Shown in pieces: positions 11,338-22,761 of a stretch of 64,000 bases of DNA. Position 1 is the stretch's first letter; each line of letters opens with the position of its first letter. The translations under genes were made by a program, and so were the position numbers. Below the pieces are notes generated by a model. That model saw only the letters and a list, made by a program, of their open reading frames with translations, was not told the origin of the DNA and did not search any database. The DNA is from Chlorokybus atmophyticus (Eukaryota; Plantae; Mesostigma and Chlorokybus algae). The stretch lies in assembly GCA_009103225.1 (NCBI GenBank), contig RHPI01002402.1, positions 591,412 through 655,411 on the forward strand. The letters are read 5' to 3'.

Positions 11338-12576
11338 CGTGGGACTCGTCGATTACTTGTACCACCATTAGACTGGAGGTTTGGCTCGCGCCATAAGCAC
11401 TTGTTGTTAGGATGTTGCAGCTTCCCTCCCATCTACACAATGTACACTTACACGCTCCCTCGTGTACAGTTTCCGTAGCAAATTTTGGACTGGCTGTACC
11501 GTGTGGCTGCAGTGTTTTGCAGCACACAAACAGAGCAGTACTGTAGCTTATGTTATGGCAGCTAGTCACCACCTTGCAGCTACCAAACCAATGTGCGGTT
11601 GTTGCTGTTTGCAGTTCGGGCAGATAGCCTGGCTGGATCTGATATGTGTGCATGTGACGGGTGTGTTTCTGTTCAGAAAGTCCCTTGTAGACAATCAACC
11701 ATTGCACTACTGTGTGTTTCACACAGCAGCACCCAGTACGCAAGTGCCAGAGCACCATATGCTGGCAACTTACACCCACTTGCCCTCGGTGTACATCTGC
11801 TGCTTAGGTCAAAGCCATGCATCAGCATGGTGGTGCAGGTGTGGCACAGCCTATCAGACAAAATGCATGAAGCTGATAAACTGTGCCATGCACGCTGTGC
11901 TTGTGTTGATGCTACATGTGTAAGTGGTAGCTACCACACGTACTTTCAACAAGAGTTGAGGAGTTGACCCTCTGTTGGTAGACAGTGCTATGAAGCACAA
12001 CATATTCAGTAACAGTACTGACGCGTGTTGTTGTCCGCACTGGCTTTGGTAAGCAACAGGCCAATTGCCATGTTTAGAGTCCCTTAACGATGCTAGATTC
12101 TCAGCTGCATGCAGGCTTGCTACACATTCGACCTGTATGTCGTGCATATATGCACCATGAGTGCACCGGTGTCTGCTAGAGGCATAGGGGCTTTGCCAAT
12201 GCCCGTATACCTGTGCACACCACGCATGGCATACGGACTTGCAGCTGCTTGCTAGCAACTTCCATGCAAAACTGCTCCCCACACTGCTGGATCAACATCT
12301 TGAACAGTCTGCAGGTTAGCTGTACAAAGGATGTGTACGCGTATAACACAGAGTCACAGAGGCTAGCCTGACAGCACAAAGGCGACAGTGGGATGCACTT
12401 GCACCGCCGAGCAGCACACCTATGTCAGCTCAAGAGACCTTGAGTATTCCTGTGCGGCCTAACTAAGCAACAACACTTCTTGAAGTGCATGTACAATGGG
12501 GATGTGTCAGAGCCATGCTACCTTATTGCAGGGGCCTACCACAATACAGCGAGAGCATACTAGCTGATGCGCGGTC

Positions 12577-13507
12577 TCATCGGTGCGGCGGGGGCCCAAT
12601 GATAAAGAGCATAACCACTATGAGCACGAGTATGCCGGCGCCGATGATGGTGAAGCCTTTGCTTGTCCAGAAGTCCAGCGCCATCTGCTCCGCCCTCCGC
12701 GCCTCGTCCTGCTTGCTCTTTGCAAACCTCGGCGGTGCGGACGGCCGATCGACATACTGCTCCATGTTTGGAAACTGCAAAACAGAGAACACTTTGTGGT
12801 TTGAGATCATCATAGTAATCTCATGCAGTCCAGCTGGCAGCCTACCTTAAAGCCAGTGGTTTTCTTCTTCACGTCGCTAACGTCCCCCTTGAAGCTGGAC
12901 CACGCCTTGTCCCAGTCGACCCCAGGACCCCCCTGGCCCTCATCTGCAAAATTGGTATAACCGGTGTTGATGATGGTAACCGTGATGCTATGCATGAACA
13001 AGAAATTCAAGTGTACTACGCATGCACCAAGAAACAGTAACAAGAATGTTTGCTAACCTGGTTGTCGGTCTTCCCTGTCAGCTTGCGAGTACACCACGCT
13101 CCGCCTTGTTGAGCTGAGCTGCTGCGACTTAAGTATGGGCCTTCGCCTCCTGCACCGGTGCCGCTGCACGCAACCACGCTCGCTTTGCAAGCATACCTTA
13201 AGGCAGGCAGCACGGCCTCAGCTCAGCATCTGTATTGCGGACAATTGTGCTTCCGCTACCAATTCAGGCAGTGTGCAAGCTCGTATGGCAAAAGAAGATG
13301 ATGTTGACACGCAGACATGAGCTGTTTTGACCATGGACGCCCACGTTCACTGTTCAGCAGATTGCAAGACAGGAAGAAACGCAATTTGCGAGTGCGCAAA
13401 CATACCGACTGTAAGCCAGGCTCCGCCACTGCAATAGCCGACAAATATGACGACGAAGACCACGACGCCACCACAGACACCCCTCCCGCCGCCGCCGCCG
13501 CCGCCAT
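12577..13507 (-). CDS. Small plastid-targeted membrane protein (~167 aa; VDWDKAWSSFK motif, one C-terminal TM helix)
   Basis: In-phase exons 13507-13406, 13163-13058, 12943-12846, 12774-12577. The N-terminus is A/S/R-rich and transit-like. DWDKAWSSFK and FWTS.GFTIIGA resemble a conserved uncharacterised plant chloroplast protein. Confidence 0.7.
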
Positions 13508-13985
13508 GGCGTACACTGCGCCTCCGTCAGCGCCAAGTTACGCCCCTGTTACGGTACCGTGCTTACAAACCAGGATCGACCGACTCTGGGTCCGTTCGTG
13601 CCTCGACAACAGCCTCCCCAATCCGGGTCGTGATCTGGTGCTCAGCGTGCTGATGTGGAAGCAATGCTTATCGTTGAGAGGAGACGAGAGTTTGGCTTTG
13701 TTTTGGCGTTGGCGTTGTACTCATCCGTGGTGTGGCCGTCCTCATCCACATTGGCGCCGGCCTACACCAGCTTGTCCAGGACGTGTAGACGTTGGGAAGG
13801 CCAGTGGCGGTGCTGCTGGCGAAAGAGAGATAGACTGCTGCTTGGAGATTGGTTAACGGGGCAGCAGCAGCGCTCGGGATGCTACTCTGGGCTGGCGGTG
13901 GAGGCTGTGAGTAAGGGTTGAGCCTTGAGTAGGGCTGTAATAAGCCAGGCCTGCTTGCGGTGCTGTGCTGTGACTGTCCACTCCC

Positions 13986-15305
13986 ATGGCATCCGCCAAG
14001 GATGACACGCTCGACAAAGTGCAAACATACCTGGCGAAGCGTGACGGGATTGACAAGGTGGGCGGACAACTTTGTCAGCAAGTGGTTTGTGATGACTTCT
14101 GTGAACGTGGAACCACATTGGCTTTGAATTATATAATTGTCGCAGCATAGCATACGAAGCTGGCATCATGCACTATGCATAGCGTTTAAATGCTGTCGTC
14201 ATTATGCATGCAATTGTCCCAGCCAGTGCAGGTGCTACGTTGAATGTTCAATTGCTAGCAGTAGCGTGAATCATGCCATGTCAGCTTGCAATGTGCTGCA
14301 CACTGTCAACTCCCCACCAGGCGCACATGATAAAGCTATGTAATGGCAGCTTCCTGTTTTAAAAAGTATAGACAACATTGAGCGTGTAAGGTAGAGTCGT
14401 AGTAAATTGACTTGCAACGATTCCAGCACATGTGTGGAAAGTTACAAGCATTGAGATCCAACAACCACACGACTCTGCTGCAGATCTCTCACTATGGTCC
14501 GATACCAATGTGCATAGGTGGTGAAGACAATTCAGTACACTTGCAAGCTAGCTCACTGGTACTACAGCCAATGGGCGGACGAGAAGAGTTGCAGTGCTCT
14601 TGCAGCACGGTTCAAAGCATTGGAACGCAGTGCAGGGACATCTCGAAAGGCTTTTCGCCTTGGACGCTCGCTTGCCGGTTACAATGCGATCAGGCACATG
14701 AGCGCCAACACCCCAGCACGCATAAGGGCTCTCACGACCTTAAGCAACGCCGGCGACATGGTGAGACACAAGTAAATTCTGTCTGCACATTGCTTGCCAA
14801 AGCTGTCGTTGTGCTTGTTGAGATAATGACATGACTTGCTTAGGTTTACTGGTTCTTTGACCACTTCATTTGGCTCTCTCGCGTCGGGTTTCTGCATCCA
14901 CATTTGGAAAGCAGATTCGAGTTCATATCCGCGTTTGGCGAAGCGCTTGGTTACGTTTTTGGCATCGCTGCAGACCTGATTGTGTTGCAAGAGAACGCTG
15001 CGCGTGAGCAATTGCTTCTGCGCGAGTTGCACACAGCACGTGCTGCGCTTGCCAAAGACATTGTGCCATATGGGGCCGATATGTCCAAGCACAAAGCGAG
15101 CCAGCAGGAGCAGTTGTTGCAAAGCCTATCAGCGCTGCGCACGCAACGGCTGATGACCATCCTTACCATCTTGGCCAACCTCGGGGACTTGGTGATAGCG
15201 CTCAACGACATCTATCCTGGCACCAAGTTGGGACATGCGCTTACGCTAACAGTCGGCGGGTTCACATCAGCATGGTGTGGAGCATACAAGAACTGGCCCC
15301 GTTGA
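13986..15305 (+). CDS. PEX11: Peroxisomal membrane protein PEX11, plant PEX11B-type
   Basis: Exons 13986-14057, 14518-14760, 14844-15305. Motifs LAKRDGIDK/VKTIQY, SRKAFRLGRSL, YWFFDHFIWLSRVG, FISAFGE, SAWCGAYKNWPR. Confidence 0.95.
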
Positions 15306-15836
15306 AGTTACCCGTTGGTAGATACGTGCTGATTGTCCGTGTTGGCTACCTGTTGTATGTAGTGTATTTAGTAATTAATGCCTGTTGTATTCTGTAGAAA
15401 TGTGTATTTTTATGTCGTACATCCCAGCTGGCTGTTCCTCACAGTTGGTGTGGGTGTATGAAAAGGGGTATGCTGCTGTGGGGTATCAAGGTCTGATGAG
15501 AGCAGACAATGGCTTAGAACCTTACAGTACACAGCGTGCATTTCAAGATCGCATGGAAACTTCCTGATTAGACACACAGGAGGTTCCCATATTGTCTGCA
15601 TACGCGTTGCATGAACACCAAGCTCCTTGAAGGCTCTGTGCTGCGTCCATCGCAATTAGCTGCAGCTGGTGACAGCAGCACTTCCACAAGCACATGACGT
15701 GTACAGCGTGCTGACAAGGTGCTACCATGTTGCAGGTCGTCTGCGCAGGGCACAAGTGGGATGATAAACAGGGACCAACACAGCGAGCGCTCTCTCTCTG
15801 CAACTATCGGCCTGCGATTACAGTAAAGCAAACTTA

Positions 15837-18060
15837 CTACTGCTGGCTAACTGACACGGGATCCGTCACGGCCTCAGCCTCGTGTCGCAGCACCTGGCCA
15901 CTCTTAGGCGCACTATGAGGGTCGCCAAAAGATAGTGCCGTCGTGGTCACCATATGTTGATGAGTGGATGTGGAAAGCGGCTCCGCTGCTCCTGCTCCAG
16001 CAGGCGGTTCGGCCACCGGTACTGCTGCCATTGATTGTGCAGGCGGCTGAGGAGTACTCTTGACTGCTGCTGTTACAGCTGGTCGCGACCTACCATTCGT
16101 GCCCTGTCGTTCGTAAAAAAACATCCATCAGGATACGTACATGCAGGATGTATTCTAACTGCTCCCTCCTGTACACGCTCTTGATTGGCCAAGTGTAGGC
16201 CGTCGTGCAGCGTGCATTGTGATCATGAGGTACTGATGTTTGAGAGGCGAGGTTGCAAGCACGAAAGAGCCTACGCGCGTACCAAGAAGTCTGGCCAGGA
16301 GATCCAGTGTTCTTTGTAAACCATGTGCGGGGATGCGGGGAGGGTGGGTGGCCGTCCACCGGCCTTGCACCAACTCACCCAGTCGTTGTACCCCTTCATC
16401 TGCATGCTCCGCACCGCCGCACGCGCCTCCTCCCACGCCATGAAACCAGAACGCCGCGCCTTCTTGTTTGCGCTGCCAGGTTGCGAGGGCGTCTCTCGTG
16501 GCACTTGCTGCTGCTGCTGTTGATGCGGCGGCGTTTGCTGTGGCTGCTGTTGCAGTGCTGGCGTGGCTGTGATGCCGCGACTCTGTGCGTCATGCGCTGT
16601 CTTTATTGCTATCTCCTGCAACGGCACGCGCATGCATTAGGCCATCGAGCTAAAGCAGTTTTGATGTGGTCACGGTAATTGCTCGTCATATTTGGCGCTA
16701 TGCTGACTCTACCGTGCTCTGTGTCATGCATGGTGCGGGTCTCCATCATCGCAAGAGAAGGCCAACACTACTTGGATGACAAGTAGTCACACCGGACTGC
16801 TTCATGCTGTGTGACACTACACGCGCATCTCATACCGCATAGCGTGCGTCACAGGCATGTTGTGCTTGCATGCATCAGCAAAACCCATCTCCCAACAGCC
16901 TTCACAAACCAAGGTCCACACCATCTCTGCAGAAACAACGTGAACGTGCACACCTGTAGCTTGACCGATGGTTTTCGAATACGTTTATGTTGCAGCTGCT
17001 GTTGGGATGCATTGCCTTCTGCCGCTCTGCTTTCGGGGGTTGCCAGCCTATGCGCTACCGCGGGAGCGACGATGGCAGGCGCAGCAGCATCATCGGTGTT
17101 GTTGTTGTTAATGTTATTGTCGGGGTTGGGCTCCGCCACATAGTCCAGCATAGGCCGAGGTGAGGACGTCGTTGGTATCGGCGGGGGCGTGTTGTAGCTG
17201 CTGGGCGTGCAACCCTGTGCAGGAGTGTTGTTCGAGGGATAGCTGCATGCATGTATAGGTGTGCACACGCGCCTGTATGTGTGTGATATGTTCACACTGT
17301 GCTTCTTACCCTTGCGGGACTGCTGGTGTTCTGCGAGAGGTTTTGCAGAATCCCCTGGAAGGTCTGCGCCACTGTGTCAGGTCCTTGTTCGCACTGCGAG
17401 CTGGGTCTCAAGCGATGCCATGCCTCACCTGCGTGTATCAAACGAGGGAGAAATGTAAGAGGCATGCATGCATGCAACTAGCCTGCCACACAATCGTTGC
17501 AACGGTGTTGACTGCAATTCGCAAAGGTCATTAGATCAGTATATGACAAACATGTTGTAGGCTTTAGCAAAGCCCGACCTGGCGAATATCTTCGCAGCGT
17601 GTCCTGACCTATCGACAATACGCAGCAAGCACAGATACACACGTTTAGAACACAGCAGTTGGCTCACGGGCATGCATGTGGCAACGCCACCCATGCATGC
17701 CCTTGAGCAAGCCATTGTACTCATGTTGCATGCAACGCCACTGATACTCACCCTCAATCCTGTGAATGGTCACCTTCATATCCATGACAAAACCCTTGTG
17801 CTCCTGCACGCTCTTCACTACGGATCCCAAAGGCGTGATGAACTGCATGCAAGGCTTGCCTTGTATGTATGACACACATCCACATTACCAACACAGCGTA
17901 CGCAACAAGCATTTGCCTGAAAAGGGAAGTCTAGCAGCTCATCCTCATGTATCGCCTCGCGCACGTCCGCGTAGGTGATGCGGGAGCCTGGCACATGCGT
18001 GTGCGGAAACACTGACCCGTACACGACCCCGGTGCCTTCTTCCACTATTTGTCTCTCCAT
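15837..18060 (-). CDS. Protein with N-terminal ubiquitin-like (beta-grasp)-looking segment, Q/P-rich linker and one integrase-repeat (INT_rpt-like) unit; 5' end uncertain (possibly to ~19060)
   Basis: Exons ~18060-17917, 17842-~17751, a short exon near 17607, 17428-17311, 17214-16954, 16615-~16283, ~16106-15837. Splicing yields FMAWEEARAAVRSMQMKGYNDWVSWCKAGGRPPTLPASPHMVYKEHWISWPDFL|GT, which fits the repeat consensus ...IPS.P..VY...W.SW.DFLG. It also yields ITYADVREAIHEDELLDFPFQ|FITPLGSVVKSVQE. Confidence 0.6.
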
Positions 18061-19321
18061 ACCGGATCAACTTCACCTGCTGATACGTGCGGTGGTTCAG
18101 ACATACATGCAGGAGGCGCGCAAGGGCGACTTGTGCAATGGACAAAACGTGCTCGCAGTGTGTTTCTTTGTTTAAGCTGCACCTGCTTGCATGCAGGCAG
18201 GCACTGCAATACGTGCATGCCTTCAGCTTCATGCCAAAAAACTGGTGACTTAGCACACATATAACGTGGTAGGACGACTTTTGCAAGCATAAGAGTAACA
18301 CTTGCCTTGATATCATGCAGCAAAAGACGCAACCAATGCATTCACCAACGGCAAGACAACACGACATTGACCACTTGCACACATAGCATGCAAGTACAGC
18401 CAGCACCTGCAGTACCATGCATGCTGACGAAACCGAACATCTGTTGCCGGCCTTGTGCATTATACCAGCCAAAATGTGAGTACATGCAAGAGGGAACCAC
18501 TGTACTGTAGCCTCTGAACGTCGCATCCCTCCACAACATGAACGCATTACAAGTGCAACATAGCGCAATGCAGTGCAGAAGGAGCGTCAGCAACGCTTGT
18601 TAACCATACTGCTGCTTCTGTCAACGGTCATTGGGATGTGAACCCGAGCAACCATGCAAGCAAGCAGGCTGCCAACCAGTCATGCCAATGCTGAGGCCCC
18701 GCACTCACACGCTCAAGAAGAGCAACACACGCACATTTTCAGTCTCGCAACAGCTTTAAATACCACGGCAAGGTGGGGCGTACTGAGGCCCCAAGGAGCT
18801 TTGTTCCAAGAAAAGAGCATGCTGCCAGTGAGACGCATTTGAAGGGGTTTGCAGGGGCAGCAGCAAGGCGGCGGCACGCTAAGTTACCTTTTCCTGGCGA
18901 CTGCCAAGTGTCTCCTCAAGACTGCTGCCCCCACGCAGCAGAAGGCACCGCCGCCGCCGCCGCCGCGGTAGCAAAGCTGTTGCGCAGCAGAGATCCCCGC
19001 CAAGGGCAACCTCGCCAATGACCGACTCGCTCAGGGCGGAGGCACTGATTTGAAAGCAGTGCATGCCAGACTGACTGCTGCATTGATTGATTGAGTGATG
19101 GATTGATGAATTGCTTGAGTTGATCGGGAGGATTGGAACTTCTGATTGACCGGGCTTGGATGGCTCTGTGCCAAACTTGTTTGTATTGATGATGTGCAAA
19201 ACAATGCGTGAAAAGGAAGGCGCATGCACGTGTCCACATTTGCATCATGAGGCTGTTGCTAATGTTGCATCTCGCCCACAACTGCCTGCTGTTGCTATTG
19301 CGTCTTGCATGGCACACAGCT

Positions 19322-19379
<58 letters not shown>

Positions 19380-20364
19380 CGACAATGAGCGCAACCGCTC
19401 ACGCTGTCGGACAATGTGGCTCAAGGTTGTTGGTANNNNNNNNNNNCCCCCCCTCTCCCCCCTTAGCCAGCCCTGTAGGACCTGTTGTGGCAATCGTCGA
19501 GTTTGTGCATGCGCGGGTGTGCTGTATGCTGTCCGTGTGTGTGTTGTATAAGGGATTGTATGCTAGGTTGTTGTGTGTGCACGGCATAGTGTGCACAAAC
19601 ATTGTCATACCTTATGATGTCGGCATTGAGCTTTGTAAAGGTATCTCACTGGACCCCACTGGGTTATGAAGTTGCAATACTGACACTTCCAACGTCGGGG
19701 AGTCGGCAAGAAGGGATCACATGCATATCGCAACCGTGCACGAGCTGTGATGCGGAATTACTGCCTGATAACATTGACACGCGCGTGCAATAAAGACTCT
19801 CTACATGCTCGAGTAGCAAGGTCGGAGCTTGGTCATGAATGTGCCTCATAACTGTTGACAAGCTATTCCGTAGATTCCACGTCAACAATCTACACTAATA
19901 CAAGGACTAAGAGGTCAGTATGCATGCAATGATGACCCATTGATTGCAAGCACACGTCTACGATTACTTTTTGGATGATCACCTACTGACCACAAGCACA
20001 ATGAAACCTCTGCAAGCCTCTTCAAGGGAGAAGCGCTTAGCCAGTATGTCATTGCGATGTTGACCAAGGTAAAAAGACCAACGGGCATTGCGATGTTGCA
20101 GGTTATGATGCCGTCAGAGTTGGTGACAAGTACGCATGCACAAACTCACACTCACACCCACACCCACCAAGGAAGGAAAGCGCTACATCACATGCACCAG
20201 TCAACTGGCTAGCCGCTGCGCAAGTTGCTGATTGATGGGGCAATGTACAAGTTGTGGCTTTCAACACAACCAGTCATGTGCATGTGTTTAACCAATCTGA
20301 CAGCACAGAGATTGCTTAGGCTATGCTCTGCGCATGCATAACCTCCGACAAGGTCGGCATTACC

Positions 20365-21860
20365 TCAATACAGCGCAAGACTTCCCAGGCGCAGTGCGTG
20401 AGTTGCACCCGTGACAGCTGGGGAGTTACCCGGCTCCCCTCTGAGGTAGAGCCAGCCAAGGGCAGCGAAGCAGGCAGCTTCGCGCGCCTGAGGAGGCATG
20501 CCAATGGCATCGGTGGTGTCAACGGACCAATCTGGCAGCAGCGCCTTCAACGCCGACATCATGCTGCTGCTCTGCGCTCCTCCTCCAGCCACCAACAGCG
20601 TGCGTACATCGGGGGATACGTGCTGAGAGTGTTGCAGGGCATTTACAATGAGCCTTGCCGTGAGCGCAACGAGCGTAGCTGCGCCGTCTGATATGGACAA
20701 TGCTGGTGGCATGTGCTGCTTAAGAAAGTCTGCACTGAAGGCTTCACGTGCCAACGAGCTGCCCAGCAGCGGCTGGCACGCGTCCTCAAGCTCGCTCAAC
20801 ACCTTAGAGTTGACCTGTTGGGTGCCAGCAAAGGCAATCAGATGAACATGTGATGCCGTAACTCTTGGCAATCCGCACCAGCTTTGTTGCGAACGCACGC
20901 ACACGTGAGGTAACACCACACATGCTGCCCCAATCAACACATATTGCACATGTTCACCTTTCCTTGGCTGCTGTATTTGCTGTCCATATCGCAGAACTCG
21001 ATGTTTGCAGTGCACAACTCAATCCACCGGTCCAGAAGGCAATTGCCCGGGCCAACGTCACATCCAAACTGCTTGGTTGCATCTGGATGCACAAGCGTGA
21101 TGTTCGCAATGCCTCCAATGTTGACCAACCAGCACGCTCGTCCCGCACCCTCAAACAGAAGCTGGTCTGCTACCGGCACCAGTGGTGCGCCCTGTCCACC
21201 CAAAGCAACATCTCCACTGCATCATGGTTCAGTTCAGGAATGCTCGGTCAACCGGTGCAACATATCAACAGTGCATCCGCACTCTGCTGATTTGTCGTTG
21301 CCCCAGAAAGCCTCTGCACAGTGATATGTACCTTCGCAAGTTCCAAAGTACCGGAAGCTCTAGCAATGCACTTAGCATATTGCCATCACCGAGCTGGAGG
21401 GTATGGCCTCCACCGACACCCATCTGTCCAGGGTTGTGGTGCACTGTCTGGCCATGGCTGACAACCAAGTCAACGGGCTCAGCATCCCACAGCTCCAAAT
21501 ACTCGTGCACCTGCCCAGCAGCAACGGTTCAGCAAAGTCAAACGGGCAGGACGCACGTCAGCATTGCAACATGGCACAGCTGTGAACACTGACCGCAGCT
21601 GCCACGAGGCGGGCATAAGCTGCAGACAGCGCTGAGATCTCCTGCGTGTTGGCGCTGCTGGCTGCCAGCAGCCGAGCGCGAAAAGGTGCAGTGAACGGGC
21701 ACTCGGCCCATTGCTCCAGCACCCACTCGTGCCGTTGAGGACCGAACCGCAACAGCGCCAGGTCCAGGCCATCGCAGCTGGTGCCGCTCATGAGGCCCAG
21801 GATGCGCGGGCACGCACCGGGTGCAAGTGTCACAGACACGCAGGAGGAAGAAGTCGGCAT
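20365..21860 (-). CDS. anmK: Anhydro-N-acetylmuramic acid kinase (AnmK / levoglucosan kinase family), ~384 aa
   Basis: Four in-phase GT-AG exons 21860-21594, 21510-21332, 21216-20958, 20814-20365. Motifs GLMSGTSCDGLD, SHGQTVHH, DVALGGQGAPLVP, NIGGIANIT, DVGPGNCLLD, VAGGGA, EAACFAALG, PGNSPAVTGA. Confidence 0.95.
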
Positions 21861-22163
21861 TGTTGCACTTTGGTGAACAACAGCGGAACTGAAAGGATGC
21901 TTGAGTATCCTCAGCAATCCCAAATGCAGCCTCAGAGCATGCAATGTGAGCAGCAAATGTCCAGTACACAGCTTCTTGACTCAACTTCTGTCAAAAAATA
22001 ACTACACGAGAGTTTGGTTGCTGGCTGATTGGCCGCAGCGGTAGTTGGACACATATCTTTTGCCAAGACATGTATATGTACAGAAGGGGCAGCGACCAAG
22101 GAAGGCTGTAAATGTCGGCTTGTTTGCTTTGTTTGGTTGCTGGTTCAGGCTTCGCGAATGCCT

Positions 22164-22676
22164 CTAACCTACTCTAGGCGGGTCTATGACCTTGCCATCT
22201 TTGACATAAACTCGCACACGGGACATGGAATAGTCCATAGTGACCTGCATAGTGGAGTAGGAGTAAACAGATGTGTGCAGCAGGCTTAGTACTGGCTCAT
22301 CCACAACAGCACGTACTGCTGAGCCATATGGGGTCTCCAGCACGCTGAGGTCTGGATTGTCGTTCAGGATAGCCGCCTTAGCTTCGACAAACGTCTTCCC
22401 CACAACCTCCGGCCAGCTGTCCTTCCCTCCTGCTGCGCCACCGGTGGGCCCAACAACCGCATTGTCAACCATGCCGCCAGCATCAAGCAGCCCAGACACA
22501 AGCTAGGGTTCTAGCTGCTTGTGCTCACCGCCCTGGCCTAACAGGCCGTAAAACTGCTTCTCGGAGGAGGACGAAGCCACCGCCGCCTCCTGGTGCTGCC
22601 AAGCCACGAGCAGGGCCCCGCCGACCACCGCAAGCACCAGCGCCACGGCGACAAGCTTAGCTCCGCCTGAACCCAT
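22164..22676 (-). CDS. Potato type I (I13) serine protease inhibitor with N-terminal signal/anchor (~113 aa)
   Basis: Exons 22676-22529, 22429-22317, 22244-22164. KDSWPEVVG...AKAAI...GSA|VTMDYSMSRVRVYV...PPRVG*, with reactive-site P1 likely Met. The N-terminus is hydrophobic (LVAVALVLAVVGGALLVAW). Confidence 0.9.
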
Positions 22677-22761
22677 GGAGCTGAAGCTGAAGGTGGAGCT
22701 GGAGCTAAAGCGGAAGCTGTCAAGTCATTGCTGATTGTGGCTGTAGGCTCAGCCTACAGGC

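Noticed and set aside
17843-17916. Possible GC-AG intron (CAG|GCAAAT)
   Set aside because: A GT donor 15 nt further (TGC|GTACGC) is in the same phase. Cannot be decided without cDNA.
19324-19450. Poly-C (53 nt) plus N run giving poly-Pro/Gly ORFs; same at 27113-27186 and 39344-39363
   Set aside because: Homopolymers abut Ns, which is typical of poly-G sequencing or gap-fill artefacts. Length and coding meaning are unreliable.
19385-20240. Possible small plus-strand spliced gene between the repeat-protein gene and AnmK
   Set aside because: Some donor/acceptor-like sites exist, but no consistent in-phase chain or recognisable product. An N gap is inside.
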